Origin: Schmidtea polychroa
Lineage: Eukaryota
NCBI GenBank assembly: GCA_044892525.1
Contig: CM097888.1
Location: forward strand, 6,883,410-6,946,000
Direction: 5' to 3'
DNA length: 62,591 bases
Under the pieces are notes generated by a model, which had not been told where the DNA came from, searched no databases, and was given only the letters and a program-made list of their open reading frames with translations. The stretch's first letter is position 1. Each line of letters starts with the position of its first letter. Shown here piece after piece: positions 23,791 to 37,159 of this stretch. A program made the position numbers and the translations under genes.

Positions 23791-26160
23791 ATTGAAATTA
23801 TTTCTCTTTCTTGTTTTCACTCGAAACACTATTATTTTGAAGATAAAAACGGTAAATCAGTAAATTGTCTTCATTTATTTTTATACAGTATAAAATATAT
23901 AATATATATAACAAAACAAAATATTTATTTTGTATTGTCAATTCACTAAACAAAGTAAGTTTTTATAGTAAATATAATCCATAGAAATCGAACAAGTTAT
24001 TAAAAAAATAAAGTTGCAACAAGTAACGAAGGAAATAATAAAGCGGGCGATACCATATGCAGTGTGCCGAAGCTTCACAACTTGTGACTCACTCACAAGC
24101 AAGAGCCAAACACTTTGTATTTTACGTACACACATGATATGTTTGCGAGTGTGGCACACCGAATGCACTATGTATAAGCTGATCATTAGCCAGTGTCATT
24201 CTTAATTGTCTCCCTGTTAGATTTTAGATCCCGTTGATTTTTACCCATCGTTTCGTCGGATTTTCAGTTTAATCTGATTTATTTAAATAATAGTACATTT
24301 AATCATTAATAAAATTNNNNNNNNNNNNNNNNNNNNNNNNNNNNNNNNNNNNNNNNNNNNNNNNNNNNNNNNNNNNNNNNNNNNNNNNNNNNNNNNNNNN
24401 NNNNNNNNNNNNNNNNNNNNNNNNNNNNNNNNNNNNNNNNNNNNNNNNAATCGACATAACTTACATAAAGCCCAAGATAAATAAAATCTTTGTAATAAAC
24501 TAATATATAATCGTATTTATTAAAAAATCGACTATATCGAAGTTATTTTTGTTATTCACGAATTTTCGACAGAGCCTTTTTCAAGTGATTTTATTAATCA
24601 TAATCATATATAATTAAAATAAGTAATTGTGAATAATAAATTTCAAATATTTATATATATTTTGTTTTGTTAATATCTTTATAGCATTGTTTTAAATGCT
24701 TTTTTATATTTGCCATTATTATGTCTTGGATTTCTTGTATTGTATTAGGTAAATTTTTTATTTGTTTTACAATTTCCTATAAAAATTAGAGCGCATGTAT
24801 GTAATACAAGACACTGATAAATTCCAAATATCATTACGCAATAATATATCTCGGTTGGTTATATTTTATTTTAATTAGTTACTTCTTATCCTCCATTTTT
24901 AGATCAAAGTATTTAATTTACGATTATAACTATTAATGTATTAGTATCCGTGTACATATTATTTTTTGACACTGTCTTTAACAAATGCTAGAAATACTAG
25001 TACTGGATAAAGAAACAATTCACTAGCGTTAAATTTTATAGCGTCACATTATTATTTGGAATAATTGCTTTGATGTGTGTCATGTTTTACGATTAGAAAT
25101 ATGATCGCGATGAAACAGGTTAAACAATTAAACTATGATTCGGGGTGAATTGCTCGCGATATGATTATTTGTTTGGAAGTTATATCCTGCATGCAATCGA
25201 TCATTTAAGATATAACTTGAAAGAGAAATTTCAATTATAATATTGCAGGTATTTAATCCGTAATTTGACAATATAATTATTTTAATTACTAAAAAGTACC
25301 CAATCGCTATTTATATCAATATTTGATTCCTAATCTATATTTTCATATGATAAGGTTCCCCACCTCATCAAGTACTCCAACAATTCTATCGGAGATTTTA
25401 CGCATATGTTCCACTATCCTATTTAGGAGCCTTTGCCGGTTTTGTAGGTACCTGATAGTTGACGGCGCAAATTCTTAGTTTCTGAGTATATATAGATTGT
25501 CTCCCCTCATACTAGGGCAACTAAGTGATTATTGGATTTCACTACTTGATGTATGATTAGCTCTGAAATTCTCCAATGATTTATGTATTTATTCTTGAAT
25601 AATAAATGAGATTAATTAATTAATTAATTTGTTTTATTATCCCATCTACCCCTAGGGACCCCAAATAATTTTAAAAAGGGAACCTAACTTTCAAAGTGCG
25701 GAAAAAATGAACTGTACAATGATGATTAACTTTATAATACGCTGCATAAAAATCGCGTTGACCACACATCCTTAACTTTTTCGCGACTCCAGCAGTGCAG
25801 GAATCATCACCGAGAGTTGTATGCTTCTACGATGAATTGTGGTAGGGTTACATAGGTTCGTCATCAAGGGAATTGCCTGATATTGACATCGGACCGACAC
25901 AACCTACATTAAAGTGATGATGACGACATTAACCGCCGATTATATCTGCTAGGCTAACCCAAGCCTAAGAAGACATCATGGATTCAGTCAAATGAACCAC
26001 GATATGAATGAAGACATTAACAACAATAATGAAAATAGAATAGTTATGGTAATACAAGGCCGCGTAGTGATACGTGGTGGTATAGATGATTCGCACACCA
26101 CCAATCGATCGAAGAACGAGATTCCATGCATACATGTGTTGACACGTTGCATTAACCACG

Positions 26161-26560
26161 ATCCATAGGTAATCGAATGGGAAAGGAAATTATTCACGAG
26201 AATGAAGACGCATACTAACGTCACAATAATAAAATCATCCAGAGACGAGACTAGTGCACACTAAGGACTTTAAAATCCACAAATGTCTCAGTAATTATAT
26301 TTACGGTCGCGCTATTTATACAAATTTTTCATACTTGTCAGCTGGTTTAAAAAATATTATATTATTATTAAATCATTACAATTATTAAATCATTACAATT
26401 GATTAAATTATTGCAATTGATTAAATTATTACCAGTTGATACTATTATTGTTATATCATTCATGATTATGAAAAATTCTATTAATTCGTATCATATTAAA
26501 AATTATTTTATAATATTGATTATATATTAAAATCGATTTGTCATCAAAAATTGTTATTAT
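26161..26560. repeat. Interspersed repeat copy; a near-identical copy at 28573-28890 interrupts Rep copy 1
   Basis: ccataggtaatcgaatggga...gaatgaagacgcatactaacgtcacaat...gtgcacactaaggactttaaa...ttacggtcgcgctatttatac shared between the two sites. Confidence 0.85.
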
Positions 26561-26919
26561 TAATTAATGTTTAAAAATTAAAATATAATGATAAAACTAT
26601 ATTGTTAAATAAATTGACCCATATCAATCGAAATAAAACTACATATAGAATACAAATGGATAAATTATTGAAAAGAAAAGAAAAAAATTCAAATCAGGAT
26701 AAAAATAAAAACAAAACTGTAAAATCAAATAATTTACGTTTTTTCGAAAGTGCGTGCGCGATTTTCGGTTGGACAACATTGGATTAGCTCTATTTCTATA
26801 TATATTCTTCATTTAAGTTTTTCTCTTCTTCTAATTTAGGTTTTTATACAAGTTCCTACAAATTTTCCAAAACAAAATAATTAAATTAGGCAAACAACAT
26901 CTTTCAAGTCAAAGCATTT

Positions 26920-27140
26920 CGGCAAGGGATATTGTTAGACGCTGGCAAACCATCATCATATCTTTGTTTACGTCGATTCGAACATTCAGTTCACGATGGG
27001 TCTCTGATAAATTCTTTGATGATTCTCCAGTTTAATTGGTTTCATATTGTCATTGCTTAAAACTTTGTTGCATAAAGGGCACATAATCAATCGTTTGTGT
27101 AACAATGATGGAATGACGCCTAAATACAAATAATTAACAC
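26920..27140 (-). mobile_element. hAT (Buster/Charlie-type) transposase N-terminal remnant
   Basis: YLYLGVIP....MCPLCNKVLSNDNMKP and DDGLPASNNI. Confidence 0.55.
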
Positions 27141-27739
27141 TATTTGTAAATTAAGCTAGAAAAAATAATTGTTGAAGCCGCAAAATCATAGAGGGATACC
27201 CAAGATGAGTTGCCTCACATCCTGCAGCCTGGCGTAACCAACGTGCAAGGTAACCCAAGTAATATTACAATAAAATCTATTCATAATATTTTCTATCAAG
27301 TAAGAAAAGTAGATAATTATAATAACTATTAATGTAGTTGTCAATATTACTATATTTATTAGATATTATTATCAATATTAATATATTTGTTAAATATTAT
27401 TATCAATATTATTATCAATATTAATATATTTGTGAAATGTCATTTTCATAATTGTGGTGTTTATAAATTTCAGGATTTTTTCGTCTTTATTTAATAATTC
27501 GAAATNNNNNNNNNNNNNNNNNNNNNNNNNNNNNNNNNNNNNNNNNNNNNNNNNNNNNNNNNNNNNNNNNNNNNNNNNNNNNNNNNNNNNNNNNNNNNNN
27601 NNNNNNNNNNNNNNNNNNNNNNNNNNNNNNNNNNNNNNNNNNNNNNNNNNNNNNNNNNNNNNNNNNNNNNNNATAACATAAAAGAAATAATAATTGTTAC
27701 CTTGGGACAACTTATCCCAGTAGCATAAAAAATACAATA

Positions 27740-28400
27740 AGCATAATCTTGTAGTACCTGATTTCGTGTTGGTGGACGTTTAAATGTTTTCACAATTTTC
27801 CTAACTTTTTGTATAAGCGGGCCGAGCTGATTATGGTTTAAGTCAATATCTCGTTCTCGCCCCTGTATATTGTATCCCATTACTAAGCCATCCTCTTAGT
27901 CATCTCCTTCGCTAGCATATTAAATATTGCATTCTTTAGTTTCAGAATTTGAATTCATGTAAATTGACTCATTCGAACTATTGTTTGTATCTTCGGTTGT
28001 ACTTGTTTTATGTAGAACATCGACGACCGCAAGTTGTATCGCATGAGCCAAACATAATTGCTGAGCAGCCGGTACTAATTTGCCTACTTTTTTCATAACT
28101 GATGCACCATAATTTATTAAACAAATGATATTCTTCTCTAAAGACAAACCATAATGATTCAATTTACTGCAGGTAAGCTTCCATTGATGCGTAGAAGTCC
28201 TAAATTCCAAAAACAATTTTCCGAATGAAGGTTAATATTTATGTATCGACGATTTCTTAGAGAGGTTCACTCATCGAAAGTAATACTAAAACCATTGCCA
28301 TTTAATTTACGATCAGATATTTTATTAATTTATAATTGACGTATTTTTTGCAGTAATCAATGACAATTTTTCTAATATTGTTGGCTGATTTTGGTAGCTC
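27740..28400 (-). mobile_element. hAT transposase catalytic-region remnant
   Basis: GASVMKKVGK...QQLCLAHAIQLAVVDVL (CxxH motif) and IQKVRKIVKTFKR.P..N.VLQ.Y. Confidence 0.8.
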
Positions 28401-28403
28401 ATC

Positions 28404-29470
28404 CACTTTCTTTTATGATGTTCTGATAAAGCTTCTCTTCCCCATGTATTCGTCACAGAATTGCATTTTTTCTGGTTTCTGGCCAAGCTGGGTTTATAAT
28501 GTTGCCGAGTTCATTTCCGAGTACGATTCTCTTTAAACCTGCTTTTAATATATCAGTCCCGTATTTTACATTCCATAGGTAATCGAATGGGAAAACAAAA
28601 TTATTCACGAGAATGAAGACGCATACTAACGTCACAATATTAAAATCATCCAGAGAAGAGACAAGTGCACACTAAGGACTTTAAAACCCACAAATGTCTC
28701 AGTAATTATATTTACGGTCGCGCTATTTATACAAATTTTTCATACTTGTCAGCTGGTTTAAAAAATATTATATTATTATTAAATCATTATAATTATTAAA
28801 TCATTACAATTGATTAAATTATTGCAATTGATTAAATTATCGTATCATATTAAAAATTATTTTATAATATTGATTATATATTATATATTACAATTGCACG
28901 ACCACTAATCGTCAATTATAATGCCGTCGTAATCACTTTTTCTGACTCCAATTTGCCGAAATCTTGGCGAATAGTGATATGCAAAGTGACTTAAAGCAAA
29001 ATTAGTTTTTTGCCTGTGCTTGTTTCACCGATGATGACAATAGTTCTGTTTGCAATAGGAATTTTTCGAATAACCCACTCGTCATTGAATTTTGGTTGAG
29101 TCACGACACCTAATTTCCTGTAATTTAGAACTCGATTTATAATTATATCTAATACTTTGACAAATAAATTATCCGAGCTTTGTTCCCATTCGAATGAAAT
29201 CAAACGGTTTCGCCCAAAAATCTTCATCGGGTATCGGTCGTTTGGTGAATTTGTAGAAATAACCATTGGGAACTGTTGTGTGAACTTTGAGCACATAATC
29301 GAGACAAACCATCATATCTTTATATTAGAACCCCGCCACCCATGACACTTCTGGATTTTTTTTTAATGGTCAGTAATTAGTCGAATTTTTGAGTACTTCC
29401 ATGGCCTCCTATTTCTTGCCTGAGAACAACATTTTTGCAGATTTTTTCGAATTGTATTATTAAATTTTTC
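28404..29470 (-). mobile_element. CRESS-DNA-virus-like Rep (HUH endonuclease + SF3 helicase) remnant, copy 1, interrupted by a repeat at 28573-28906
   Basis: VVLRQEIGGHGST (pre-motif-II-like), CLDYVLK (YxxK), IVIIGETSTGK (Walker A, frameshifted), DYDGIIIDD (Walker B), NVKYG..LKAG..RIVLGN (B'/C), NAIL*RI (Arg finger with CGA->TGA). Confidence 0.8.
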
Positions 29471-30524
29471 TTCCGTCTAATCCAGTGGCGCCAATCCTGT
29501 GCCCGCGGGCGCCATGGCCCCCGGCAGCTGTTTTATGTGTGCTACCAGAAAAAAAGTAAATCAAGCAAAATTTTTGATTGAAAAAAAAAATTAAAATCGA
29601 TAGATTTCGAAATTTTAAGATAATAATAAGCATATTTTTATAATTTTCTTTATATATAATTTGCGTTTACATATTTTCTTTATTTATTATTAATCTTTTG
29701 TTTTCATTATATTACTCGCCTGTTTTTTGATTTTAAATTTGTTATTTTGCTGTACACTTGCACGACCACTTATTGTTTATTGTGCGCTAGTACAGTTGCA
29801 GAGGCAAAAAAACATAACGTTGAACGTCACTTCTATTCTAATTAGCACTTTTGATTAGGAAGAACAAAATTAGAGACCTTAAATTAAATTTATCTGGCCA
29901 GCAATCTATTTTCACTCGACATTTGGTAAAATCTAAAAATGCCACCATTGCTTCTTTTAAAATTTCCCACGTGCTCGCAAAGAAGAAAAAAACCATACCA
30001 AGACGGTTAGATAAAATAAGCATTTCTTGCTGGCGCTGAGTGCTTATTTGAGGGACTTTCCAACAAGCCTGAAATTATGTCAGCAATACAAGATTTACAG
30101 TTGTCAGGCAATACGGCAATACTCTTAGCCACTCTTTTGTAGGCATTCGGAATTTGAAAACCTTTAATCTTTTTTTGTTGAGTTCAATTCTCTTTTTTTA
30201 TCTTCCTCGGTGTGGGTATTTCCTCTAGCTGTTTCCGAGGGGACATGAGCACATTGCTATCCACTGGCAATTTTGCACCACTAGGAGTACTTGTTCGGGG
30301 GCCAAGTATCTCCAATCTCGCCGTTGTCCTTGCAGTATATTCTGTAATAATTTCAGCAAAGCAGTCGTAAATTTCAACTATAAATAATAAAATAAATGCT
30401 AAGAAATAATTTTTATAAAAAATTCTATTATTTTCTATTTTTGTTAATCGCTCTCCTTGAGTTTTAATTTGTTCTTTTTTATCTTCTATTTCTTTTAAAA
30501 TATTTAGACTACTTTCTTAATATA

Positions 30525-31406
30525 CAGTCCCCCAAAAAAAGTCGTGAACAGTTAAATTTATTCATAATTTCTTTACAAACTTCATAACAACCCAAATAAA
30601 GTGAAAGACATTTACAATTTGAAACATCATAATTAACAAAATGTTCAGAACCTTTAAATAACACTGGGAGCTGCCTCTTTTGTCATTACACAAGAAATGA
30701 ACTTTTCCAGGTCCATAAGCAGTGAAGCTTCTCCATAACACAATAGAAGATGGATGTTTGAGTAGGGAGTGTAAATTTTGATTTATCATCCTTTTTCGCC
30801 ACACACGTTGGCGTCTTGAATTATTTACCACAGATATTCTTGTTTCATCAGTGTACATCACTTTTTTTCAAAAATTCTGAAGGCTCCTTGACATACTTCT
30901 TTGGAAACATTACTCTCATTTGTCTGTGCCCTTTTGTTAACAGTAGGTTCTTGAGTGGTAACGAGGATCTAAATCCCCTGACAGTTTGACTACTAATGTT
31001 TATATTCTTGTGATTATCTCAGCTTTGCGATTTCTATTGCCGTGTCGATGAACTCTGCTTGAAAGTATCTTCTTTCGACCACAATTTGAATATTTGTTAG
31101 ACAAATCATTAGTTGTTCTGTACTGTTTTACCACTTTCGAAATTACTCCAACAGAAATATTGATGTTGCTCGCGATTTTTCGATAACTTTCCCAAGTTTT
31201 CAATTTATTGATGATTAAAGATCGAATTCTTCTATTCAAGACTTAGTTTCGTGTCATGTGTAAAAATAAATGGAGTTTAAACGAAATAATGATTCCATTG
31301 ATATGAAATAAATGAAACAACATTAACTATATATACACTAACAACAAACATTTAGACTTTTACATACAGAAAACAATAGGTGTTCACGACTTCTTTTGGG
31401 TGACTG
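30525..31406 (-). mobile_element. Internally deleted Tc1 element (882 bp) with TIRs and TA target-site duplication
   Basis: TA|cagtcccccaaaaaaagtcgtgaac ... gttcacgacttcttttgggtgactg|TA. HTH region (SYRKIAS..GRKKILS) and YTDETR...VWRK...KH..SIVLW. Confidence 0.92.
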
Positions 31407-33714
31407 TACTTTTGTATTTTCTTTTTTAAAGTACAAATGGAGAAAGAGGTTGCGCATTTGTTGAAATAAAACACAATTTGTACCTTAAGTTTACTTAACT
31501 CCATCTCATCTAAGCATTTTTCATACATTCGTTGGTAAAGCTAATATATCCGCTTTGATCTTCTATGAAAGTAAATAATTTACTGTTACTTTGAATGTCT
31601 AAAATTTTATGGTCTCATTCTTTTTTACATATACAAAGAAAACAAAAAAATCAATTGATACACTGTAGTACTAGTTACAGTCCTCTAAAATTTAGAGTCT
31701 AAATTGAACTTAAAATTTCACTGACAAAATTTGTTCATTTGATCTCCAAATAAAATGTTATCTTTATGTTCGAAATCAAACAATTCAATTCATTCATAAC
31801 CAAGTCATAGCATACAATAAATGCAGTTGAATGTGTTGGGCAAAAACTGAAATTTGCCTTAAATTAAAATTTTGAATTAAAATGTGTCGAAAAATAGCAT
31901 GCAAACTTAGTCGTAATTTGAGTTAAAAAACACGAAAAATATCAATTAAAGCCCTTTAAGGGAGCAAAATATAGTGTCAAATTCGAAAAATATAAAAATA
32001 AATCTAAAATCAGAAACAAATGCAAGATATATTGCAAGAAATAAACATATAATAATAATAATAATACTAATATTTGTATTAGCAAATTAATTTAGCTATA
32101 AATATACAATGAAGTCGGTATTAAACAGTCTGTTAGTGTTATTCAAATGAATTCTAATTTCGGCACTAGCATCAAATATAGCAACTATAATAAAAGGTCT
32201 AACAACAATGAAATATTTTCGTTGATTCCAAAACTATATAATTATTACAATATCATTATTTACTTTTCATTTTACAAAGTAAAGGATTGGATCGTATTCG
32301 ATTGAATATTTTTTTTTGAAATTTCGACATCAATCCACTTTTTTTCAATTTTCATATTTTTTTCACATCTTCAAGGCTGTGTGTATCCACCTGCATTTGT
32401 TTTCCCAGCATTTCCAGCATTTTCAAACTTCCCGATCGAAGTTCCTATGAATTAATTCTAGCTGTTGGCTTGAAATTATTTTGGAATTACCGTTTCGGTT
32501 GTATTTCTGTTTTTTTCATTTCGGCTCCAATTTTCTTGCGATTTCAATTTTAACCAACTCTACTGCTTTTATTTCTGACTTTTGTTTTCTATGTTTAAGC
32601 GTTGTTTGATAATGGTTTGACTTCTGATTGTTTGCTAGTTTGAAAAGTTGTGATTTCGGTTCGAGTATTTGTTCCTGTGGTCTTGATAATAGAGAGCTAC
32701 TTATTTCAAAATAATTGTTCTTCATTTACAGTTTCTGTAGTTCTCAGTTTTGAATTTAGTATGTTAGCCTGTAGTTATTTTTTCCTTCGTTGTTCTTTGT
32801 TTGTAGATTGTGAGTTTTTTGGAGTTTTAATAATCTATTTGGACACTTCTTATTTGGTATTTTTTAACTCATGTAAATGTCCATCTGCTATCTGTGAACT
32901 CCTACAGAGTTTTGTTGCTAATCCGATCATTAACTTTTGTAGCTACTGTAGGTTTTGCTTACTAATCACCTACAGACTTAACAAGATTAACACGATCCTC
33001 TCTAAGTCTGAGGAAGTGGTCGGCTGGCCCCACAGCACAATTGCATAGGTCGATTAAAGGAAATAATGTTTGCACTCTTAAACTCTGACTATCTATTGTA
33101 ACACGACAGTTCTACTTCGTTGAAACTATCCATTTATCCTAGTAAATATTTAAAATATTACTTTGTTGCCAGATGTTTTTTGTAAATTAGTGTAACTTAT
33201 GCTATCAGGATATGTGACAAACCGGAATAATCGAACTTACCACGTGATTCGGAACTCTGTAGGTCTATGGATACTTAACTTTGATGTTAGATATCACCCT
33301 GACACACTCGTGATGAGTTGTTCTGCATCTTTAGTGCGACTGGCTTAATTACGTTTTAAAAATGACACTGGTATAAATTTCTTCGGCCTGGTTCTATAGT
33401 ACTCAATGAAAGTGAACATATTAAGTGAACATAATTAATATTACAGAAATTCTGATTTTAGTCTCAAAACCCCTTGATGGCGTCGCGTAAACAGGCCCAA
33501 TTATATAAAATAGTAAGAATGAAGTGTATAATGTAATGCCAGTGTTAATGTACACTGAAACTGACATTAGAATAGTTTCAAATTACATTTGCACTGTCAT
33601 ATAAAAAGTTTTAAATAAATTACACTGTAAAATAGATAAAATACATATATTGTCCAATAAATACAATCAATTAGTGATTTTGTAATGTTGATAAATGATC
33701 AAATTTTTTGCCAG

Positions 33715-34390
33715 TTATTCGTTTAGAATATTTGAGAATGCTCCACTTTCTTTTATGATGTTCTGATAAAGCTTCTCTTTCCCCATGTCATATACATGGA
33801 TTGGTCACATAATTGCATTTTTTCTGGTTTCTGGCCCAGCTGGGTTTATAATGTTCCCGAATACCAGTACCGTATTTTACATAATTCGATGTCGAATAAT
33901 TCATATCGAATTAATTAATTCCTCTGGCTCCCATTTGTAAATCGTCTATTATGATGCCGGCGTAGTCACTTTTTCTGGCCCCAATTTGCCGAAATCTTGG
34001 CGAATAGTGATATGCAAAGTGACTTAAAGCAAAATTAGTTTTGCCTGTGCTTGTTTCACCGATGATGACAATAGTTCTGTTTGCAATAGGAATTTTTCGA
34101 ATAACCCACTCGTCATTGAATTTTGGTTGAGTCACGACACCTAATTTCCTGTAATTTAGAACTCGATTTATAATTATATCTAATAATTTGACAAATAAAT
34201 TATTCGAGCTTTGTTCCCATTCGAATGAAATCAAACGGTTTCTTTCAAAAATCTTCATCGGGTATCGGTCGTTTGGCGAATTTGTAGAAATATCCATTTG
34301 GAACTGTTGTGTGAACTTTGAGCACATAATCGAGACAAACCATCATATCTTTATATTAGAACCCCGCCACCCATGACACTTCTGGATTTT
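33715..34390 (-). mobile_element. CRESS-DNA-virus-like Rep remnant, copy 2; cargo of cassette D
   Basis: NPEVSWVAGF*YKDMMVCLDYVLK (motif III), RTIVIIGETSTGKTNFALSHF (Walker A), YAGIIIDDL (Walker B), WEPEELIN. Highly similar to copy 1. Confidence 0.82.
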
Positions 34391-34505
34391 TAAATTTTTT
34401 GATATATATATATATATATATATACAAACACAAATGTTCCATTTCCTTTTGACGATTCCAATTTCGAAATTCCCTGATAAAGCAACTCTTAACTAAAGTC
34501 TAATT

Positions 34506-34632
34506 CTACAATTTTCAATAAAAAACAACTCAATTTTTTATTACAATAAAAATTACCCATTCCTCGCGTCTGTGTGCACACACTAATACGACATAGCAGT
34601 TTAACAATAACGCGCACACAGCCAGTCAGAGG
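34506..34632 (-). promoter_or_regulatory. Cassette module copy D, partly deleted: mini-intron (34556..34506), inverted repeat and one hairpin arm
   Basis: ctcgcgtctgtgtgcac...gcgcacacag|ccagtcagagg. Minus strand GG|GTAATT...TTGTAG|A (51 nt). ATG at 34442 is in frame with Rep motif III. Confidence 0.75.
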
Positions 34633-35933
34633 GAGATATATACGTTGTGAGGGTTGAGCCTTATTTTATAAAACACGAAGTGTCCGAACCACCGACTAGT
34701 ATTATCTATTTAATCTAAACCCAACAATATAAATATTTATGGTTGCTTGCATTGCATCTATGTTGATAGGGAGAAAAAGAATTGTGTTGTGGGAGAAGAT
34801 TGGTTAATAAAAAACATATTTACATTTACTCATTATATTCAATTCATTGTAAGTAAATCAGAAAAAATTAAAAACCAGAAATTCCTTAACTTTTAAAAAA
34901 AATAATTATACATTAAAAAGACTGCCACTCTCCAGGTGATTACATTGTCAGGAGTGTAGCTATCTCGATTTTGAACCTAAGTTCTCTGTGGTCACGTATA
35001 TAATATGTTTAGTTTCTGGCTCATATTGAAAATATAAGTTATTTGAAATAATCCACTGACCCGGAAATTTTTATTGTTATTTCTTAGTCATAAGAAGTCC
35101 AACAATTAAGGTTACACGATTAGGCTCGTTTCTGAGATAGTTTCTCGCTACCGATCCATTTTCGAAGCATAATATCTCGTAATAATTTGCACTAATTCTT
35201 GAGTATGTCGACATTTACACTCTGAAATGTGATTCGCACTTTCACCAAGTTCAGTGGCTTCCAATATATATTGATTCTAATTATTACTGGTTCTATTTCG
35301 ATTATCTCGTTCTTAACTCTTACTAGCACTTTCTGAAAATTTTCCAGACTTTAATTCGAATTTATGAATCTTTTATCGATTTTCATCAATTCATCTTTTT
35401 TGTGCTATTCTCATATACTACACATTTTTTTCTTCGCATTGCCACTTCTCTCCTTGACCAATCTTACACCTGTCCCATTCCTTTAATTACAAATATAATT
35501 TAATTTTCATAATTTCATAACCCCAACAATGTGAACCAGAGTGAACATGTAAGAAAACATACGGTATTAGAGCTATTTCTAGTGTTGAAAACGAAAAATT
35601 ATATGCATTTATTGGACTTCTATATGCACGCAGCGCAAATGAGACTAAAAATATGGATATATTATATTTATGGAATAAGAGATTTTTCGCGACAATTATG
35701 AATCGAAATCACTTTACTAAAATCATGAGATTTATTCGGTTAACATAAGTAAACGAATCCATCTCTTACAAAACGATAAGTTTGCTTTGATCTCTGAAGT
35801 TTGGTAAAGATTTATCGATAATAATTTCCAACATAAGCTCATTTTATATTTACTCAATAAATGCTCAATAAACCTGACAAATTTGGCATACAATTCTGGT
35901 TGGCTTCCGATGTAGGTAATAAGAATAGTTTTG

Positions 35934-36580
35934 GTGTTCAACAAGAGAGGTACAAAAATTAGGTGAAAAATCTTTAAAAACACCAAATTCACAATAATAA
36001 TTTAAAGTATAAAAATATTAATTAAAAATCAAAAAAAATTAAAAAATGAATTAGATCATCTGATGAAATTATAGAATCAAAATTTAATTTTCCTCACAAT
36101 TTAGAAATATAAGTTGGATGTTCGAATCATTAATTGTCATGAGAATAGCGAACATTGAAAAAAATTGCACCAACAAAGAATATATGATCCATTTGTCCTG
36201 AGGCCATTCCAATTACCAAACAACTAAATTTCTAATTTCATAATTTCATAAATTTTTTTGAAAGATATTTTTGACTAGGAATTTTTAATTACAAAAATGA
36301 AATTTCTTCCCATTCTAATTGTTACCACTTATTTAATTGTTATTTGGATAAATAGCCAGTTCGTTACAGACACTTGAATAATAATGAAATAAATTGTAAA
36401 TATTCAGCAGAAAGCCAAAGAATAATTATAAAAATTATAACAAATTAATGGGGGAGATATGTTGGGGTTCAACAAGAAAGGTACAAATATGAGGTGAAAA
36501 ATCAATAAAAACACCAAATTCACAATAATAATTTAAAGTATAAAAATATTAATTAAAAATCAAAAAAATTTAAAAATGAA
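35934..36580. repeat. Pair of ~115-bp direct repeats (35934-36050 and 36464-36580)
   Basis: gttcaacaaga.aggtacaaa.at.aggtgaaaaatc...aaaaacaccaaattcacaataataatttaaagtataaaaatattaattaaaaatc occurs at both sites. Confidence 0.8.
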
Positions 36581-37069
36581 TATTTTCCGGGAAAAACTGG
36601 TATGGGCGGATGCCGAACAATGAGAAGAGTTCAAATGTAATAAAATAAAATCAATGGGGGTTCCTAGAAGGATTTAATTACAAAAAACTAAAATTAATTA
36701 AAAATTAATTAGCAAATAGGAAACCCGAGCAGTGTGAGAGGACCGAATGGTCAATCAAATTAGCTAGAGGCAATTAAATCACCCAGCGAATAATTAAATT
36801 GGATGAAGCTATCAAAAAGAGAAGAAAATTGCCCAAACTTATTAGGTAGATAAGAGGAAGCCCGGGGAAAATGGATCCAAATTAATTTGACGGGGGAAAA
36901 TCAAATTACGAGATCGGTATAAGTGACTGGCAAGTAAACGATAAATTCTATCAAGTTTTATTTTACCATCTCAAATACTACGTTATGTAAGGATAGCGAA
37001 CGACTCTATCGTTATTAGTACCACTCATACTCACGGTTATTATTTTTATTAACACTACTAGTATTGGTA

Positions 37070-37097
37070 TTATTATTATTATCATTATTATTATAAA

Positions 37098-37158
<61 letters not shown>
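37070..37158. repeat. (ATT)n microsatellite
   Basis: Visible run. Confidence 0.9.

Positions 37159-37159
<1 letters not shown>

Noticed and set aside
34697-34705. TAGTATTAT near module D as a CRESS origin
   Set aside because: One mismatch to TAGTATTAC and no flanking stem.
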